This document shows positions 62,352 through 64,000 of a stretch of 64,000 bases of DNA, piece after piece. Numbering within the stretch: position 1 is the stretch's first letter; each line of letters begins with the position of its first letter. The notes below the pieces were generated by a model. That model worked only from the letters and a program-made list of their open reading frames with translations. It had not been told where the DNA came from and searched no databases. A program made the position numbers and the translations under genes. Origin of the DNA: a bacterium (GTDB lineage: Bacteria; SZUA-182; DTGQ01); the NCBI GenBank assembly GCA_040752695.1, contig JBFMGO010000013.1:15858-79857 (forward strand), read 5' to 3'.

Positions 62352-63314
62352 TCAAGCACCCATGAATTCTATCTTATCGTGGAAATAATCTCCTCCTCCC
62401 CAGCCTGAGATTTTTAAATCAGCGTGTTGCCAGAACAATATCCGGGATATCTTGGAGATCTGTTTTTTCAACAGGCAGCTCAGCCGGGTTACATCGAGAT
62501 GAAAATCGGCAATGCTTCTCAGGCCGTCTGTTTTATCCAGAACGATCTGATCCCGCAGGTCTCCAAGGAAGGTCTGGTTGTCTTTATATTCCACTCTGAT
62601 ATACAGGCGGGGAGTCTGGCCGATCTTGCTCCTGGTTGTAGCCTCCAAAGGTATGGATCTGATTATCGATTCATCGAAAAGCAGAATATCATCTTTATTC
62701 AGGCTGGTTCTCTCCGCCCTTCTGGCACTGATAATCCCGTGGAAGGCGATCAGTGAATAATATACCCTCCAGTCCTTCCCGATGGCACCTTGAGCTTTTT
62801 CAGCTTCAGAACTGAAATGCGAAGTAATGGAGCTGGAATCGAGCAACTCCACCCTGTTCAGGGAATACCCCCAGTTAAACTGGATAGGACCGGTAAAGGT
62901 TGCCGAGGCTCCTGCACCTTCCTTGGCCTTGATAGGCATGGTAGCTCCAAAAAAACGAACATCGACTAACTGTGAAAGGAGCCAGTTGATATGTTTTCTT
63001 TCCAGCTTGGTCAAATTCAGGTTGCGGGAATAATCGTTTTCCTGGCAGGCGAGAAATAACATCTCCAGCCTTTCGGTAACACTGAGCGCTTTATTGTCCA
63101 CCTTGGCTACGAAGATGTCCTGGCCCCTGTAATCCTGGAGGTAATCTCTGATGTATCTTTTCAGCCGGACATCGCTCACCAGGTTCCTCGATGATTCATA
63201 ATCCATGCGGGGCTTGTTCTCGTCGTCAGGATCACCGTTCGGATTTGTCTGTCTGGCATCATAAATAAACAGAATGTCGCTGTTTTGAGTTATCAGGTTA
63301 CTTGGAATATCCAT
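62352..63314 (-). CDS. cas7: Type I-B Cas7 (Csh2)
   Basis: NPNGDPD.ENKPRMD, VSDVRLKRYIRDY, DVRFFGAT, TGPIQFNWGYSLN, TRSKIGQ.PR. Confidence 0.95.
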   Translation of the reverse strand: MDIPSNLITQNSDILFIYDARQTNPNGDPDDENKPRMDYESSRNLVSDVRLKRYIRDYLQDYRGQDIFVAKVDNKALSVTERLEMLFLACQENDYSRNLNLTKLERKHINWLLSQLVDVRFFGATMPIKAKEGAGASATFTGPIQFNWGYSLNRVELLDSSSITSHFSSEAEKAQGAIGKDWRVYYSLIAFHGIISARRAERTSLNKDDILLFDESIIRSIPLEATTRSKIGQTPRLYIRVEYKDNQTFLGDLRDQIVLDKTDGLRSIADFHLDVTRLSCLLKKQISKISRILFWQHADLKISGWGGGDYFHDKIEFMGA

Positions 63315-63331
63315 TTTTCAAACTCTCTCCC

Positions 63332-64000
63332 TTACTCTTCCGTATTCTTAGACATGATCTTATTTGTCCTGTAGGCATAACCGGACAAGATGTAGAACAC
63401 ATTCTGCTGAGGGCTCAGGGTCCAGCCAGTGATCCTCTGGTCGAGCAGTTTTTTTACTCCGGCAAACATTTTTTCGTTTTCGGGAGATAACCTTCCATAG
63501 TGCAGTAACCTGGAAAATACTTCATTGGTGAACCTGATCAGCATCTCTTTACTCATTCCCTGAAAAGGCAGCTTTTCAAGAATCGGTTTATTCTTGATCC
63601 TGGCATTGAACTGGGCACTGCCAACTTCTCCGGTTAGAATTCCCAGTCCAAAAAGCGCCACCTGCTCTTCATCGTAGTTCATCTCATGAATATAGGTCTG
63701 GATCTCTTCGGGAAAATCCATCAGCCGAATATCTGTCATTTCTCCCCTTTCCCCTTTCAGCGTACCTAACCTGTCCAAATAGAGAAGCAATAAATTGGAC
63801 TTCAGTATGGAGGCAACTAAAGCCTGATCACCATTTCCATCTTTTCCGAGGTTGAACTGCTCTCCCTGATCACAGCGGCAGACTTTGGCAAGCCGGATGA
63901 ACTGCTGAATCAGGAAGGCATGCTCTACCTTCCTGCCGGTGAAAATTGCATCGTAAAAAGCAAGGATTTTTTTAAACTCATATGGGTTCTTTTTCCTGTC
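63332..64000 (-). CDS. cas8b: Type I-B Cas8b (C-terminal part; 5' end beyond the window)
   Basis: Frame open from 64000 (DRKKNPYEFKKIL...); C-terminus ALF.LG.L.GEVG.AQ...KPILEKL.FQGM...NVFYILSGY; directly upstream of cas7. Confidence 0.85.
   Translation of the reverse strand, partial: DRKKNPYEFKKILAFYDAIFTGRKVEHAFLIQQFIRLAKVCRCDQGEQFNLGKDGNGDQALVASILKSNLLLLYLDRLGTLKGERGEMTDIRLMDFPEEIQTYIHEMNYDEEQVALFGLGILTGEVGSAQFNARIKNKPILEKLPFQGMSKEMLIRFTNEVFSRLLHYGRLSPENEKMFAGVKKLLDQRITGWTLSPQQNVFYILSGYAYRTNKIMSKNTEE

Noticed and set aside
1..64000. tRNA, rRNA or transposase genes
   Set aside because: None recognised by eye; a covariance-model scan was not possible

Overview
Bacterial chromosomal window of about 50% GC from a diderm (TonB-dependent receptor, lipoproteins), very rich in signal transduction. 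Left end (1-16 kb): two secreted CotH-kinase genes, a lamin-tail-domain gene and a sigma54 activator. Three of these four genes are preceded by a near-identical -24/-12 element and a palindromic upstream site. Divergent from them is an operon encoding a TonB receptor, YfiR, a histidine kinase and a hybrid kinase. Middle: housekeeping and accessory genes (purE, TsaC/Sua5, a probable CC-adding enzyme, DUF89, sulfatase-TPR, NHL propeller, CHAP hydrolase, M42 peptidase, NodIJ-like ABC, arsC), a c-di-GMP/phosphorelay operon with an embedded orphan pstS, a giant cohesin-bearing surface protein and leuS. Right end: a type I-B Cascade operon (cas8b partial, cas7, cas5). No cas3/cas4/cas1/cas2 follows cas5; instead there is a leaderless cluster of 7-8 highly divergent CRISPR repeats. 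Their hairpin stem is conserved and they appear arranged as tandem mini-arrays, making this the best candidate for an undescribed (regulatory) system. Short tandem duplications are pervasive. All calls come from motif recognition by eye; no database searches were run.
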